A DNA stretch of 64,000 bases from Catajapyx aquilonaris (taxonomy: Eukaryota). Positions within the stretch are counted from its first letter, which is position 1; the number at the start of each line of letters is the position of its first letter. The stretch is from assembly GCA_000934665.2 (NCBI GenBank), contig JYFJ02000425.1, positions 1 through 64,000 on the forward strand, given 5' to 3'. Below are positions 1 through 15,197 of the stretch, one piece after another. Position numbers and translations under genes: made by a program. Under the pieces are notes generated by a model. That model made no database searches. It saw only the letters and a program-made list of their open reading frames with translations, and was not told the origin of the DNA.

Positions 1-3000
1 TGAAGCCAGCCAATGCCTGAAAGGAGCAACTGCCACTAGTTTCAGACTGGACCGTCCAGGGGGCGCCACAACTGGTACATTTTCATTTTAAAATCTGTGC
101 ATTAATTTCAGTTAAAATTGTGATGAAATTCACGCTCAATTTATACACTACGGGGACATCCTACAGAGCAATGGCTCTCCAAAACATACCCCCCACCGCA
201 ATCTTATTAAACACGCCTAATCCCTACTTAATGAAGCTTTCTACACAGCAACTCTGTTAATAATACCATTCGATACAACTCCGGCTGAGTAGCCTTCGCA
301 CACTCTGTTCCCCCTATCTAATGAGCAAACTCCACTTCTCAATCCGCCGTAAAGCCGCTCTCCTGACACGAAAGCCATCAGCATGGGGGAGATCATCACT
401 TTCACCCTAACAATACTCCATCCACGTTCCATAAATTGGCCGGCTATAAGTCCCCCCCCCCCNCCCCCCCCCTGCACGCATGCTACACAACGTTAATGAG
501 GGAATGCACGTCCCCATCCCTGCAATGGTCTAATTACATCGCAATTACGCTCCGGTTGCATCTGCGAGCCGCTGACAGCGACGCGCTTCCTACAAATTTG
601 CGACTTATTTGTAAATTAGAATCCACCTAACGTGTTTATAGCTGATTATTTATCAATTACCCTATTTACTTTCCACAATAGTTGGTAGCTAAAACTTCCT
701 CTAAAGGACTTGGGCAAAATTGCGAGAAAAACAAGTGTTACTCAATGTCTATAAAAGTTTCTCAGAAAAATTCTCACATCAATATCGCATAAATTACATG
801 ACCATGGCTAGAAATTATCGTCACGATTTCTGCTGATGACTACATATAATCGCACTATTTTCCTGCAGGAGTTGCATCTCTCTGATCTCTATCATTCCGT
901 CTATATATAATTTTTTTTTCTTCCTTCATCCACCGGTGCTGAATTCTGATCACGTGCGAGGAAAAACCCTGGGCTGAAGCGCCGAAGACCCAGGAGGGGG
1001 CGATCCTAAAGAAGTGCTCAAGGTGACAGGTTTGCTGGAGAGAAAGGTCCAGTCTGGGCCACCTCATCTCATTGTGCCCGATCAACCAAATTGCTCAATT
1101 TATGACGGGGGTACTTGGCGGACCCATGCTTTTAGCATGTGAATTGCTCCGTTTTGACATTTTGCTCCGGTCTCTGAAAGGTCGACACCCCCCCCCCCAC
1201 CCCCCCAATCAAAATGTCAGATACCCTCTCCACTTTACAACTACTCATTTGCAGTACGCCTCTTCATACAAAGAGAGTGGCTGGCCGCATTGTTAATCAA
1301 TAACAGGGCACGTTACCACACTATACAACTGCACTGTATCGGAGCCATCGGCGTATAACCACAGTTGCTAGGCACCTCAAGGGAACTGAACGACCTGAAG
1401 GTCAAGGTCCAGACATTTGGAAGCGCATCAGCAAGTTTCTTCCCCACTTTTTTCTTCGACCAAACACCCTGTACCAAAAAAAACACACACACACATCTTG
1501 CAACCTGGTACAAATTTCCATCGGTGACAATAGCGACATGGGAGTGTGAAGGATGACGTGTCGCATTCCTTTCAGGGATTTCCACTCCTTCCCACAACCC
1601 CTCCATCTTACATNCCTCCCCCCCCCATTTCATACGGATCTGGGTCTAAAGTGTTTGTCTCCAAGGAGTGGCGTAAGAAAGGACCTGTTTTTTCCAAGGA
1701 TATTCCTGCTGAGCACTCAACTAGTGCTCTAGCACTCGTAGGATTTAAGATTTCTGACTACTCATAACTATTCATATGCTGGAAGCTGGAGAACTTGTGA
1801 CACTCTGCATCCGGTATAGATGGAGTTGTAAATCCCTGGTAGAGGACATGGGTACACTAATTGTATCAATCCTGTGGAAGCCTCGATTGAGGTTAGCTAC
1901 ACGACCCTGTAGGACACAAGCTATGAAAAACAAAACGCTATTGTACTTTCAGAAACATTTTCTAGGACTATCCAGCACCTGTAAGACTCCTTTATATCCT
2001 TCATCACATGCACTCATTGTGACCGATTTTACAGGACGCGATTCTATTAAGAGGGGGGGGCCCTCTCCACCATAATTACATGCACGACCTCACAAAAAAA
2101 AAGTGCAGTAAAACCGCCTTTGTTGACGCTCTTTTATGACAGCATTTTCACCGAGACTTGGATTTAGGTCGAACTTAGGGGATACGATTTATAGGCGGTG
2201 TTTTAAATCTTCCCTTGCAAAACTTTCGCTCCCCGATCACTCCGTACGCTGACATTTGCGCGTGCTGATCGATATAGCTCACGTTATATAGCTCCGTCCG
2301 TAGTCTAGACATGTACGGGTTTTACGGGTGTAGACGACTTCAAGTACTAGCTTTTCTGTCTCGCAAGAAATATACGGCCATACCTCCCCTATATATACAC
2401 CGACTATCTATAAATTGTATGGGGGAGTCAACCTATACTATTGCCCTAAATTTAGCAAGTGTGTGCTCCAGGCCTGACAGCCGGTTAAAATTCCCGAATA
2501 ATTTCCTGAGCTAGTTCACACCCGGAAAATCGTGAAACCCGGAACTTCTCCGAGGAATAGACCGTGACTGTGCGGAGACAGGGAGAGTTTCGGACAAAAA
2601 TGACAGGCTGCTTCATGTGTCACAGGGTTGACCCCAAAAATTGCAACATGGGATTTCGGTGACATCCAATTTGCACTTGTTCTTCGGAGGGGCCTACTTT
2701 CTTCACCATAAGTTTCCTCCCGAATGGGCCGATGCAATCTGCATAACTTCCCGTCCGTTTCAATGCATACCGTCGCCTGGACCATGACGGCCGGTTTTTT
2801 AATTTCAACACGGCCAATGCACACCCATTGGTTCCTCCGATTGTTTTGTTTCCTTCCTGCCCAAGTGAAGAAAACCTTCCCACTCCTTATTTCAGCCATT
2901 CCCACGTGCGTGCTAACCTATGCCTAAATAAAAAATAATAATACTAAAAAAAACTGCACGCCGCCATGAACCTGCAAATTCATTTCGGGTAGTTACGTTG

Positions 3001-5396
3001 GTTCCAACTTTCCAAAAACCTCCCCCCTCCCAATGCACCATATTTCTCTCCTCTCAGCATGAGCCTGCAAAAATTGGCTCAGGACGTTGGAACATGTCAC
3101 AAGTGACTGACAGGAAGGGTTTGGCCGAAGCTCTGGGGAAAGGAAGAGAAGGCCAGATAGCAGCAAGCTAGCGACCCACATGGGAAAAATATATATATGT
3201 GTATTTCCCTTCTGACCCAATGGCGGCCCAACAACAACGACTTGTTACAATGAACACCGCGGGGAATTAAACTGGGCGTTTGCGTGCTCCGCACGATCCA
3301 TCCTCCCTTTCCAAAACAAAGAGTGGTAGCTCATCTGATGAGACTCAGGCAAGCCTAACCGCGTTGACTGCCTACGTCACTGACCTTCCACAAAGGGACC
3401 ATACGTCTATCGTGCTTCTTTATGCCCGTGGGTTTAAAAATAGGTGCTTGTGGGGAGACACCATACTTCCTCAGCAAGAGGACAATGGATGACACCGAAC
3501 ATCATATTGTGCCACCATATTGTGCCACCATTTTCAAAAAAAAAAAACGCTCACCTAACACCTAATAAACCATGCGCATGTAACGCACTGGCCATATGTT
3601 GGGGAGATCTGAGAAGTGGCAATTGCTTTGCAAGATAGTTCGGCGGACGTCACAGTCGACAGCTTTGTGCCAATGAATGTGGGTGGTGATGACGTTCGCT
3701 ATTAGATCCGGGAAACTGGTGTAATGGCCCTTTTACGGCATCCCAGCTACAACAATATGGTTATTATTTGTGAGTTACGATAACGACTAGATCAGCACGA
3801 ACTCAGTTTCCTTTATTATCAAGCGCTTATGTCCTAATGGCTAGAAAAACGGTGGATGTGAAAATGCTATATCAATTTAGTTAATTCGACGTAAGCCTTA
3901 AAGGTTACACAGCCTATAACACCAACTTAAAGAGCAATTAATTTGTAATTGACTGATTAGTGAAATTTTTACGTACACGCATTTCTTATATTTCAAAGGA
4001 TATGTTGCAGGAATGATATTGTTGTGTACTACAATAATTCCTAGATGTTCTTGACAATATCGGATGGCAATGTGCATATGCATTTAATCAATGTAGTTAT
4101 AATTTTAGAATTTATAAAATTCGTAACAAGCTCTATTATATTGCCTTCCGGCTCTTGTTCTCTAGCCCATTCCATTATTTCTCACCTACAGTTTTCATAA
4201 GAACCTTCTGAGAACCTTTTTTTTTCGCTGGCTACCTCATATAACGATTTGCAGAATACTCCCCACAACCTGCAGGAGCCCTCCTGTAGCATTTCAGGAC
4301 ATCATTACCATTTTACAACACTGGAATTTCAAGGCCCGCCAAGATCCTGTTCAAAATGCATCTTACTAACACCACCACAGCAATTGCCCGTTAAAATTTA
4401 TTAGACGCTCACCCCCTCTCCCTCCCCAATATTCATCTATCACAACCTCTTGTACCACCATTTTGCACAACACCCTATATACACGTGCCCTAAAACGGAT
4501 CAAAAATCGCTCAACTCAGCGGTATGCCCCTTAGACATGACTCGATGTAACAGTTTGTGCTGGGGGTGACGGGAGGGGCTGGTGCACCCAAGACTCCGCC
4601 TCAGATCGTTCAGCTCAGCCTGAATTCCGCGACCCTGACCGTGAACTAGGAAGATACAAAACACCGGCTCCGTGTTGCACGCGCAGGATGCTGCGGAAAA
4701 AATTTCCTGGTCCGGGCCCCTCATCAGCCACACCTTTTCTTCTAAATCTAAACTGACCGCCGGCCTCTTTCCACACGGATGGCGCTTCCTTTTTCTCACA
4801 CTCCAGCCGCGATAACAACAACAACAACCCTGTATATATAGCACGGAAGCAATTTGCATGCAATTAATTTCATGTCATTAGCCCTACCCTATAGCAACCT
4901 GTGGGTTCCTAATTTAATTAGTTTGATTTGTATCATTTTAACCCCCCACCCCAGGATGATGACTTTCTTTATTATTTATATTTTTCCCCTTCCCTCCTTC
5001 TTGTTCTTGTAGTGAAGCAGGCACCTTTCCTTGAGTGGGTTGGTTGTTCGTTCGTCCTTGGTTGACCCGGCACTGTGGCATGGCCCAACCGTGACGGAAT
5101 GCGAAGCAGCACTGCCTCTACTTGGTGCAATCCTTGTTGCCAAACTTCCACTTCGTTGAAGGATAAAATATCCGCGCACCTTTGCAATAAAGGAACTTGC
5201 TGTGCAGGATGTTCAATAAAGAGGTACTGGGAGAGATCCAAAAATGATCCAATTTATGTGCACACGAGGGTTATTAATTTGACATCTACACTGGACACTC
5301 ACAAGTCTGGGATGCAGATTTATGACAGCAAGCCTATCTCACCAATGACTGATATTCAGTTATGTCGGAATATTCCGACTGCCAATGTGGTACGGT

Positions 5397-5397
<1 letters not shown>

Positions 5398-5482
<85 letters not shown>

Positions 5483-5495
5483 CAACAACAACAAC
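5398..5495. repeat. (AAT)n microsatellite grading into (AAC)n
   Basis: Direct read; explains the poly-Ile and poly-Asn ORFs in the track. Confidence 0.97.
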
Positions 5496-8400
5496 GCTTT
5501 CAGACACGACCATGATTTTTCATGTGACCATTTCCGAGAATATTGCAGGCAAAGACCCAAATGTCGCAAAAATTATTTTTTTTAAATAGCAAATATAATA
5601 TAATCAGCAATGTTGTTGGCGAACACACAACATCGTTTACACTACCAAAAAAAAACAACAAAAAATCCTGAATGCAATACGTACACTGCCCATGTTTTGA
5701 ACACCACCTGCCGGCACCACGCGACGTTTCATCACAGTTTGAATGGAAGGGGGTTCCAACTGAGAAGAAGCGGGCGTTGCCATGTCCACGATATTTTTTG
5801 TTGTCCATATTTTCCCACACGTTATAATGGCAGTGACCCCAACTTCGGGGATGGTTTCATACAATTGATTTCTTAGAGAGATGGTAGCCCAATCACCCCG
5901 CAACAGTCTGTTCCATCAGTCACGTATTGTTTGGCGGACACGAAGAGGGCAATCAACCCGAGAGCAACATGTGGAGACCTTGAACTTGGGTGAGTTTCAG
6001 GTTTGACTTTTGCCGAAACGACATCTGGGCTCGGATGGGCATCTCCGGTTTCAGCAGCTCGTAAATACCCGGGCATAGAGTCAGGTGCAATGGCTGCAAA
6101 TGCATTTTTTTCTCTCCATATATTGTCACTATCTTGGCAAACGGTCCAACAGTTTATAACTTGAGGATGTCCCCCCCAATTGCCATGATGACACCACCAG
6201 TTTATCGAAATCTGGCGTGGCAACCATGTGGGGCACAAAGTCCGAACCTGTGTGAGACGGCCCTATATATTCAAGTTTATCTTCATTTAGAGGACATTCG
6301 TATCGGCCATAAACAAGGGGGCAGGCCAACCCCAGGGCAACCCTCTGTCCCATGATAATGTCAACTCTTGGCCGCTAGCCATCTTGGCGCTATCATTTTC
6401 CCTCAGGACACGAGATTCTTATATGTTTTCTTAAGCCGTGAAAGGAATGCCAACACCACACCCTAACGCCCAAGACATGTCATTTTCCGGAATTTATCAT
6501 ATACACTGACCATGACCGCTTCGTTGAAACCATTACCGGCTACCTACCCGGTGATATCATTAGGCTATTGGCTGTCATTCCCTATTGACAGCTGACCAAA
6601 TGCGCGCGCAATTCAAACATCATAAATAAGCCCTATCATAAACAACCAGGAGACAGTTAACGGTATAATTATTGCAATTATCAACGGCATTACAGCTGCA
6701 ATCTCTGTAATACACTGCAACCCCATTTCATTAACAGGCCATGTTGAAATCATAATGCACCTAACAGGCATGCTATTATAGAATACTGTAGGTCAGTTAC
6801 ACTACATCTGAGAGCCTATACAGTTATTTGATCGTTCTATAAGGAGATTGGCGAGAATAATCAACATAAGAGCGTGGAGATCAGACCCACAGGGCAAACA
6901 CCGTCCATGTTAGCATATGGATGATATGCTGATTGATGCAGCTGCTCGTAATCTCGTCAGCCAGAAAAAAAAAGGTTAACATGCACCTGGTATAACACTG
7001 CATCTGCTTTCGTGGTTACGTTACGCCTAACGTTGCACACTTCACCGTAAACATGTCTGGCGAATGGGTTGCATATAATGCCAGGATAAAAATAAATCTA
7101 CCCCACTAACCACGATATAATTATGTAACTATAGTGAAAGCTACATCGCATTATTTTACTTTGTCTTTTGGACAAATCTTGATCAACAGAAGCGCTAACC
7201 ACGTATTTGTCTTCTGACAAGCAGTATCAACAGGTTACTCAGAAAGCTACCGGTACTTTCAGGAATGTCGTTCTAGCGTGACTCATAGCTTACGCACTCA
7301 TGCCAGAAAAACCTCGAATACAATCGGAGAGAGAGAAAAAAAACCGCCAAGAATGCGAATAACAAGTACTGCCTCCGTCAACAAAAATATTATCAAACTC
7401 CAGATTTCGGCTCGCCTATTCGGGGACATCTCGAATAGCAGTGCCACCGAAGACCTGACGTCCCAATGGGCAACAATGACTGGTCACAATACAATAATTA
7501 AAGGCTCGAGATCAGCCCCACCTACACACACGTACGTCATGTGCCACCCACATGAAGCGACACGTGCCTAAATAGGCTGGTACAACCATTTATTTCAATC
7601 CGCACATGCCTGCCCTAGTGTGAAGTAACAATGTGGTGAAAGTGATCAAATCTGCCGACAAGACGCAACTGGTTGCCTTTATGGGGAAAGGGGGGTTTCG
7701 CATTGTCTCCCGCACACGCAGAATAGAATGACACGAGGGGGCGGAGATATGGATTTGGAATGTCAAGCGTCTAATAACTAATAACCGAGCCGGAGGTCCT
7801 GCGATATAGAAATGTGTGATGGAGAAAACCATGACATGCAATCGACGAAGCTGCATCTCACCCCTCCAGTGCCATTAGCGTCACGGCTGACTTTTCCAGA
7901 ACAAGGACCTCTGGGGACTTGTTTCGTCAGGGACAATCGCCATTTCCTTCCTTTCTCCTTCACCGAGCAATCTTTTTTCTTTCTTTCTTACCTCCTTCTT
8001 CTAAACCACCCCTTCCTCCCCAGTGCAAAATAAAAATCCATAAGGCAGACGCCAGGAACCTCACCCTTTCCTCTGGGAAGTGGGTTAGCCCTGGGATAAT
8101 AGGTCAGCTGGAACAAATTATGCAGATTCATTCTCAATAAACCAGAGCCGGCGTGTGTGACAATGTGTATGGGCTGATGAAGCGTTCCAGGTCACTTGGG
8201 CATGTCGATTTTGCAATGTTTCGACGTCATGTGTCAGCCAACCTTCCCCAAATGTAATAACCGTTTTGAACCCACTGAGAGGAAGAATCCCAATTCGACA
8301 TGACATGTTCGCAATTCATTACCTGAATGGCCTGATAAAACAAGGGCCGACCAGGGTAGCAAAATTTGATGGTGGAGTTTTTAAGTAAATAAAATTCTTA

Positions 8401-11400
8401 ATTATAGACGCACCCCACATACACAATATAAGCATATTTCTGAGAAATTAATCTTCAAATAATAAAATTATGACACTTCCACTTTTATTCAATTGCTGAA
8501 TAACCGCAATAATTCTATACAACAGGGTGTATCATAAGTGAACACGCTCACATTACAACAGCCTTCATAACCGATCAAATAAGTCATTTCAAGCAATTTT
8601 GGCAACATGGTTCCTCATGGACATCCTGACATGTTTAACATATCAAAAAAAATAATCGGTAAGCTCATTCCAAGGTTGTAACATTAATTAATGAAAACCT
8701 TGCGCATCGCAAGCAGCGAGTTGTTAAGCACGAGTACAGTAATCGGCATAGCAAATTATCACCATGTATACTATAATTATCATAACATAACATTCCTGGC
8801 GGCCACGTGTTACATTTTTGGCCAACAATGCACATGCGCGATAGTGCTGAAACAGGCTGCAATTATTAGCAAATCAACTTCCCTTATCGTCACGATTCTA
8901 GCATAGGCACGCCCCAGACTACTTAAAAATGTGCTTATTTATCAGCGCTTTCGTGTTATAGGTTCCCCATCCTGGAATCCCTCGGCCGTTTCAGGGCCCA
9001 CCCACCGCCTTGTAAATCTCCTAATGGCACCGGACCTTATCAGAAGAGTGCTATAAATAAGGCGGGAAGACAAGTGCAACAAACGAGATAAAAGTGCAAT
9101 GAAACATTAATATCGGAAAATTCCGCCACGGACTCAACTCAAGCCAGACGGGTCACAGAACTATCCAAAACTATACACACTAGTTTTCGCTTACGAACAT
9201 TGCCATGATGTGCTATATATAGGGTACAAATACGGCCCTCCAGGTCAGCATATGCAAAATTCATTGGGATTGCACTATATACTTGCAAATTTCTTCCGAG
9301 ATGTCTGCTCACAAGGAAAATTCATATTATGAAAGGTGGTGACCCTGTTATAATATATTTTAATATTGAGAAAACAACTTGCTCACGGCCCTACTGTAGG
9401 TCACTGTCCTGTAAGAACAGATGTCTTCACAGATCAGGTTCTGCAAAGCTATATCGTCATAATTTTTTTCCCTGGAAATGCAACTGAACCAACCCTTTCA
9501 AGTGTGGGTTGTGCGTACTAAAGAGATTCTTGGAGCATGTAGTGACGTATGTTACCAACCCCTGCTCCTCCCACACTCACAGGGCGAGGGGGGGGGGGGG
9601 GGTACATTAATTCCCGTTCATATATCAAATGAGGGGTACTGCACATACACCATTCACTCTGAAGAATCGAGGCTTTCTACTCTGCGAATTAAGAGATACG
9701 AGCTAAGGCATTAAAAAGCCATTTTGTTTCCCCCCACCGTAAGTCATAATGATGAGAAATCCACGCCCCATCCCACTATGGCAAAGTGGAACGAACAAAA
9801 ATTTAGGTCTAAGACCTTCGCTTGTGTGGCCGACGAACCTTACCGAAAGCTGTCCATTCCCAGATGGACACTTCCACGTAGGTAGTTGACAAGATCTCAC
9901 GGATGCACATTGCGCCCGCCCATACCCATTAATGGCCCGATCACGAAACCTCAGAACCGACGGTGAAATCTCCTCTTTTTTTATATATTATTATTTCTTG
10001 AGCGCTTCGGTCCCGCAATATAATTATGCACTGCCAAAACGCCTGCAATTTCATGTGACAAGCCTTCATTTGGGTGAACGCCGCTCTTCACTTTTCTAAA
10101 TGCTATTCAGCCAGTCCCGGTTCCAATAGTCGGCCATAAATCTTACTGCCTACCACTTTTACCCAAATATGCATGTAGTGCAGGCATTACCTATATAATA
10201 TTACCCAATATTTTTTCCCCGATTTTTCTACTTTTCCTTGAGGTATGCTTCAATCTTCCAGCTAGAGCCCCCATATCCACCATCCCTGCCAGCCAAGGCA
10301 ATTCGGAGAGCGTGTCTCGTTCGAAAAACATCACCGTGGATAATGCACAGCTGGAGCCATTTTTCCCACCCCCCTGCAGAGCTCGGGGCCAAATAATGTG
10401 CTCAATACACGACAATCCTGCAACTGGCTGCTCTCCCGCTGCCCTCTTCCTGCTTCAGATTGATAGATTTGGATTGTTATTACCGATTTTAATTGTGCTC
10501 AATCAGTGACAACAGGCATGAACTGGGTCAAGTATATTAGGGAAGCTCACAATATTCAGCATAAAAGAACCTGGCTTTCTAATGCGGTGCAAAACACGAC
10601 CGGGTTTGAGATCGGCTTGAAACCCTTACCACGCCCTGAGCCCTTGTAGGTTTCACTAGGACTGGCTATAAATCATCAGCATATGGGGTGGTGCAAACTC
10701 GGGGTTTAAAATGCAGGGTGGTCTGTGATTGCCTCCGCCTTAAGAATCACCCTGTTGTATAAGTGATTAACACAAGTGATGCAGCAAAAATCCGGACCAC
10801 TGACCCGGAGTGTTCATCATCACCGTCGCTCTTTAACCTAAGTACAATTTCATACTCGCACCACTCACAGATCATGCCAAGGACATATCCAGGCTAATTC
10901 GAACCAGACGCCGGACCCAAAACACATTTTTTTAACCCTCCAATCTGCAACACCCATCATAAACAACGTCCCATTCCTCGAACTTCTTACGACTGGAAAC
11001 CATCCGCAATATACATAAAAAGCAGCCTTCTGCAAATGACTTCTGACGGAAATACCTGCCCAAATTGACTATAACGGTCCATCGCAATGCTGCCAATCGA
11101 GTTGTCCCGACTTCCGCGAATCATCATCAGATGACTGACATTTTTCTCGTTCTGTTCTCTCCAGCAGCCCCATACGTTTCCCGGAAGAGAGCCCCCATTG
11201 GAGATGCAACGCAGCCTACATTTTTGCTCGTGACCACACTACCCCACGAACCGGTCCTATAACAATGCAATCGCCGCCGATAGCAGTGAAAGGTAACTTT
11301 CGTGAGGATTATTATTATTCCTTGGTACGGAGTTTGCCCTTCGTCGTTCCTTATGTCAGCTCGCGGAGTCGGGGAGTATGAAAGTGAAAGTGGAAAAAAG

Positions 11401-14400
11401 GGGACATATTACTTACGGAGCAGACACGTCGTTCTTGTCGATGCGCGAATATCCGGGGAGGAAAACCACATGTACAAAATGCAGGACGCCTATACTCGGA
11501 AACCTACATAACCAAGTGACCTATACAGTCAAAGATATATTATGGGCACAGCATGCGACTACAAATCACATTAAACATGTGCTATTATAGTTACATGACA
11601 AGTTGTCAACATGTCGACAGTATACAGTACAGAAAACCTAATATATCTGTACAAGTCATTGTGTATGGCCGCCTGGTCCCAGTATATCTCGCGTACAGCT
11701 GCAGCTAGTAAATTTAATAAAATAAATAACAATCATCCTCCTCATGAAATTCGGAAAATTGTCATATCGCATGCATTTGACAAGGTACGTCTGAAATATT
11801 CATCAGAAAGGTATTTCCGAGTTATCAGGTGATTATCGGGTGATTAAAGAAATATGGACAATATAAATGCTAATCATGTTTCACAACCGCTGAAACAAAG
11901 TTCCAGGAAATTCTGCAAAGTGCTGGCTCATGGCCAGTGTTTGCATATCAAGTCAATAGTCACTGTGTCATCACTGACGCGCTTTTCCTTGAAAAGGGCA
12001 TAACCATGTTACCTCACCCGATACACGTAACCTTCATCCTAATGAAGTATTCCAGCTTCTTACAACACCTACCTATCGCACGTCAATATAAACATGTAAC
12101 TAATTGCGTCCAGCCCAGTTAAAAAAAAAACCAAACAATTTGACTACTAATGAAACCATTCCCATTCCGAAATGTCAAACAGGCGCCACCGGTGACCTCA
12201 AGATTCTCAGATGAATGCAATGGTATGAAGATTCGCGTTGCCCTTTTCCAGTTTCTCATTCCTATCCCCCCAAAAAAGTAAATAAATAAAAAAAAAATCC
12301 CGTTCTCAAGCTGGTTGTGCGGTTGGGAAATCCAACAGGTGTTGTGGAAAGTTACATGGCCTCCTTTCTTTCTCCCCTTCCCCCCCTTAAATCCTCCAGG
12401 TATGATACACCCGCCATATCCCCCCTATATAGGAATGTGTGTATCCAGCCAGAAAGCACTACCATCCAGAGCAAATTGTCAACTTCTCGGAAATTGTCTT
12501 CACCACCGTGCAACGTGAATAAAAATTCCGGGGGAAAAAGTCAAATTTGCAACCAAATTACGGTACCTGGCTAGAGGTGGAGGTGGGGGGCAATTACCCA
12601 TGATTACTCTGGCAGACCGCCACCAATTTTGCGCCAAAATTTGCGGTACTTTCTACGGCACGACCAATCAGTTATTCCAAGCACTTTTTTTCCGGGGACA
12701 TATCCCCGATTAAATAATTTCTGGCCGATTACACGGGTTTTACAAGCAAAATAAGAAGCACATGTGACATCGACATGCTCTATTTCTGGGTACCGGCGAT
12801 AACGGTTGTTATTAGTGGGCGAAAAGATGCCAACGCCCGTAATAACATGGTTCGTTAAGCTTAATGGGTCGGGGAAGCGAAAGTGGTGACCACTCGAAAA
12901 ATTTTCCCCCCCTCCAAAAATTCCCAGCATTTTCTATCCTAGATTTACTATCGTTGCGAGTCAAGCTCCGTTACCGTCATGTGTTTACAGATCCGACATG
13001 AAGTCAAAACATTCCTCGAGTTCCTCGCATATTAGTGTCGGGCCTTCAATTTCTGATGTTATGAATAGTACACCCTGAATCATACTGTGGCCAACAGCTT
13101 CTTCCGGTGTCTATAATAACACCCGCTACAAAAAATAATAGCACTAACTGTAACCTATGAATCACCCCTCAAGATGTCAACATCGCTACGGTTCAGTTAC
13201 TGTCCTTCTCATACCAATATCACTACAAAAAAAAAAAAAAAAATAGTCCAAAGCGCCAATTGTACATGGATGGCTACACATGACCGTCGGCCATAAGCAA
13301 TGAATGAAACAACAATCAAGGGCTGGTGGGGAAGGGGGGAAGAAAACAAAGTCCGTGGTGTGCCATGTCTTTTGATAAGCGCCTTCCTCATCATTTCCGG
13401 TTCCTGTAGACAAAGGAGGGGATAAAGCGTCTCTTCCGCGCCACAATTTCCTACCAGCTAGAACTTTGCGACTGATTGCCGGTGTTCCTGTCTGATAATA
13501 GTGACCTCTGGCCTCAGAAGGCATCGAAAAACGATCTCAGTACGTATGACGTAACGGACGTAAAGCGCGCAACGCGTTGCGGATTCCTATCAGTTTATGA
13601 ATGCTTTTCTACACATCCTCGACATATGTCAGCATCAAAGGCGCCGCCAGTGTCAGAGGTCATCACCGCACGTGCTGGCCAATCAGTGATGCGCTTTTTC
13701 CGGCTCGGAAATTGCGACCTTTGGACAAAAGGCGCTGATACAGATTAGATCCTAATGACGTCCCACCAGCCATTGTTCCATGCGCTGTAATTATTATCAG
13801 AAAACTCTAATTTTAGTCCCAAACACCATTGAAGATGCAAGCCGTCCCGGGCAGTGGTTACGTGGCGCCTCAGACAAAAGCCTGGCAAGGTCATCCACCT
13901 ACTTTTTTGCGCCATGGGACAACAATAAGTCGTCCAGACACCAATTACGCAGCTCATAAACAATTTACATCACCCGCGTCATTTTGCTCCAGCAGTGATG
14001 TAGCTGAAGGGAGGGGTCAATCACACAGGGTGACATTTTCAGATGGAACCGGGGGAGGGGGGACACATGGCAAACTTGGGTCGTTAGTGAGACATCCCTT
14101 GATTATAACAGTAAACTTTTATCCGCAAATTGGGCTCCACTAATGAAGGGTGGATGGAAAAAAACAGGTGTCTGTCGCTATCGTTCTAGATTAACAACAA
14201 AGCTTGTGTGTTCTTGTTACAAGGATATAATAGAACTGAACAAGGTGGATCGCACATCAACAACATCCACCAAATGTATTTTGAAAAACGAGAGTAAATA
14301 TTACAATGTAGGGCCGAAAAGGAATAAAAGTAATTTCCACTAGCATTATCTGTTGGTGATACAGTTTTTATATTGTGGTCGTGCACATATTAAGTCATCC

Positions 14401-15197
14401 TCCAGGAGGGATTTGCTGCTTTATGGCCACAGATGACAAGTGGGGAGGGGGAGTCCAGCAAGGGACGACATCATATTTTACTCCATTACAATCGGTAATA
14501 ATCTTAATAATTATCTCAAAACTGCCAAGATTGAACTTGGTGGTTCTCCTGTATGTCCGTGATATGAAAGTAATACCGGTACTAACATTGCCATCGAAGC
14601 ATGGGTCTGAGTGCATGATAACACCACACTGCAACTCTAATCTACGATGAGCATCAGATATGTCTACTTATGCCTTGAGCAGATGGATGCATGTGAAGGT
14701 CTGCCTTTCCCTGCAGCCAAATAATCATGCAATTCTCCCCCATCAAGCTATGAATGGACAGGACTGGTGCTGCAGTGATGGAAAAAAATGGCAGATCAGT
14801 CTTGCCACCAACAGCAGAATTCCTAGCATTATTTTATACTTAAATGATATTAATTTCAATAATTTGTACAGCTCATGTAGACCAAGTGACATGTAAACAT
14901 CCCTTAGAGGCATGATTAGCTTGTCTCAATACCACATCCTCACCACACAATCAGGTTGTAATTTCCCCCATCCAATAACTTGACAAATGGAAGGAACTAC
15001 GCCACACTCCATTTGCTCCTGACAAATGTCCACATTGAGGGCGCTCCCTGCAATTTGCGCATCACCTCCGAACCTTCATAAATTAAACCTCTTTTTGGAA
15101 TGGATCCCCTCACCCAGACCTGTCAGCACATCTGAGCCCATCCCAATCATTTTTATACTCCTTGGCACATAAAAACTGGTAAGAAAATGCTCCCTAC

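Noticed and set aside
54..67. CTCF-like motif GTCCAGGGGGCGCC, and CCACCAGAGGGAGC on minus at 54280-54293
   Set aside because: Single short matches with mismatches; no insulator role can be supported without ChIP or conservation data.
4972..5241. Minus ORF containing a phase-1 donor-like AAA G|gtgcct, a possible alternative FNDC3 first exon
   Set aside because: Starts at TTG rather than ATG, weak donor, no recognisable homology.
5362..5589. Poly-Ile/poly-Asn ORFs (also 46983-47373) and a 16 bp palindrome GTCGGAATATTCCGAC at 5364-5379
   Set aside because: The ORFs are translations of (AAT)n microsatellites. One 16 bp palindrome in 64 kb is about chance expectation, and no retroelement body is attached.
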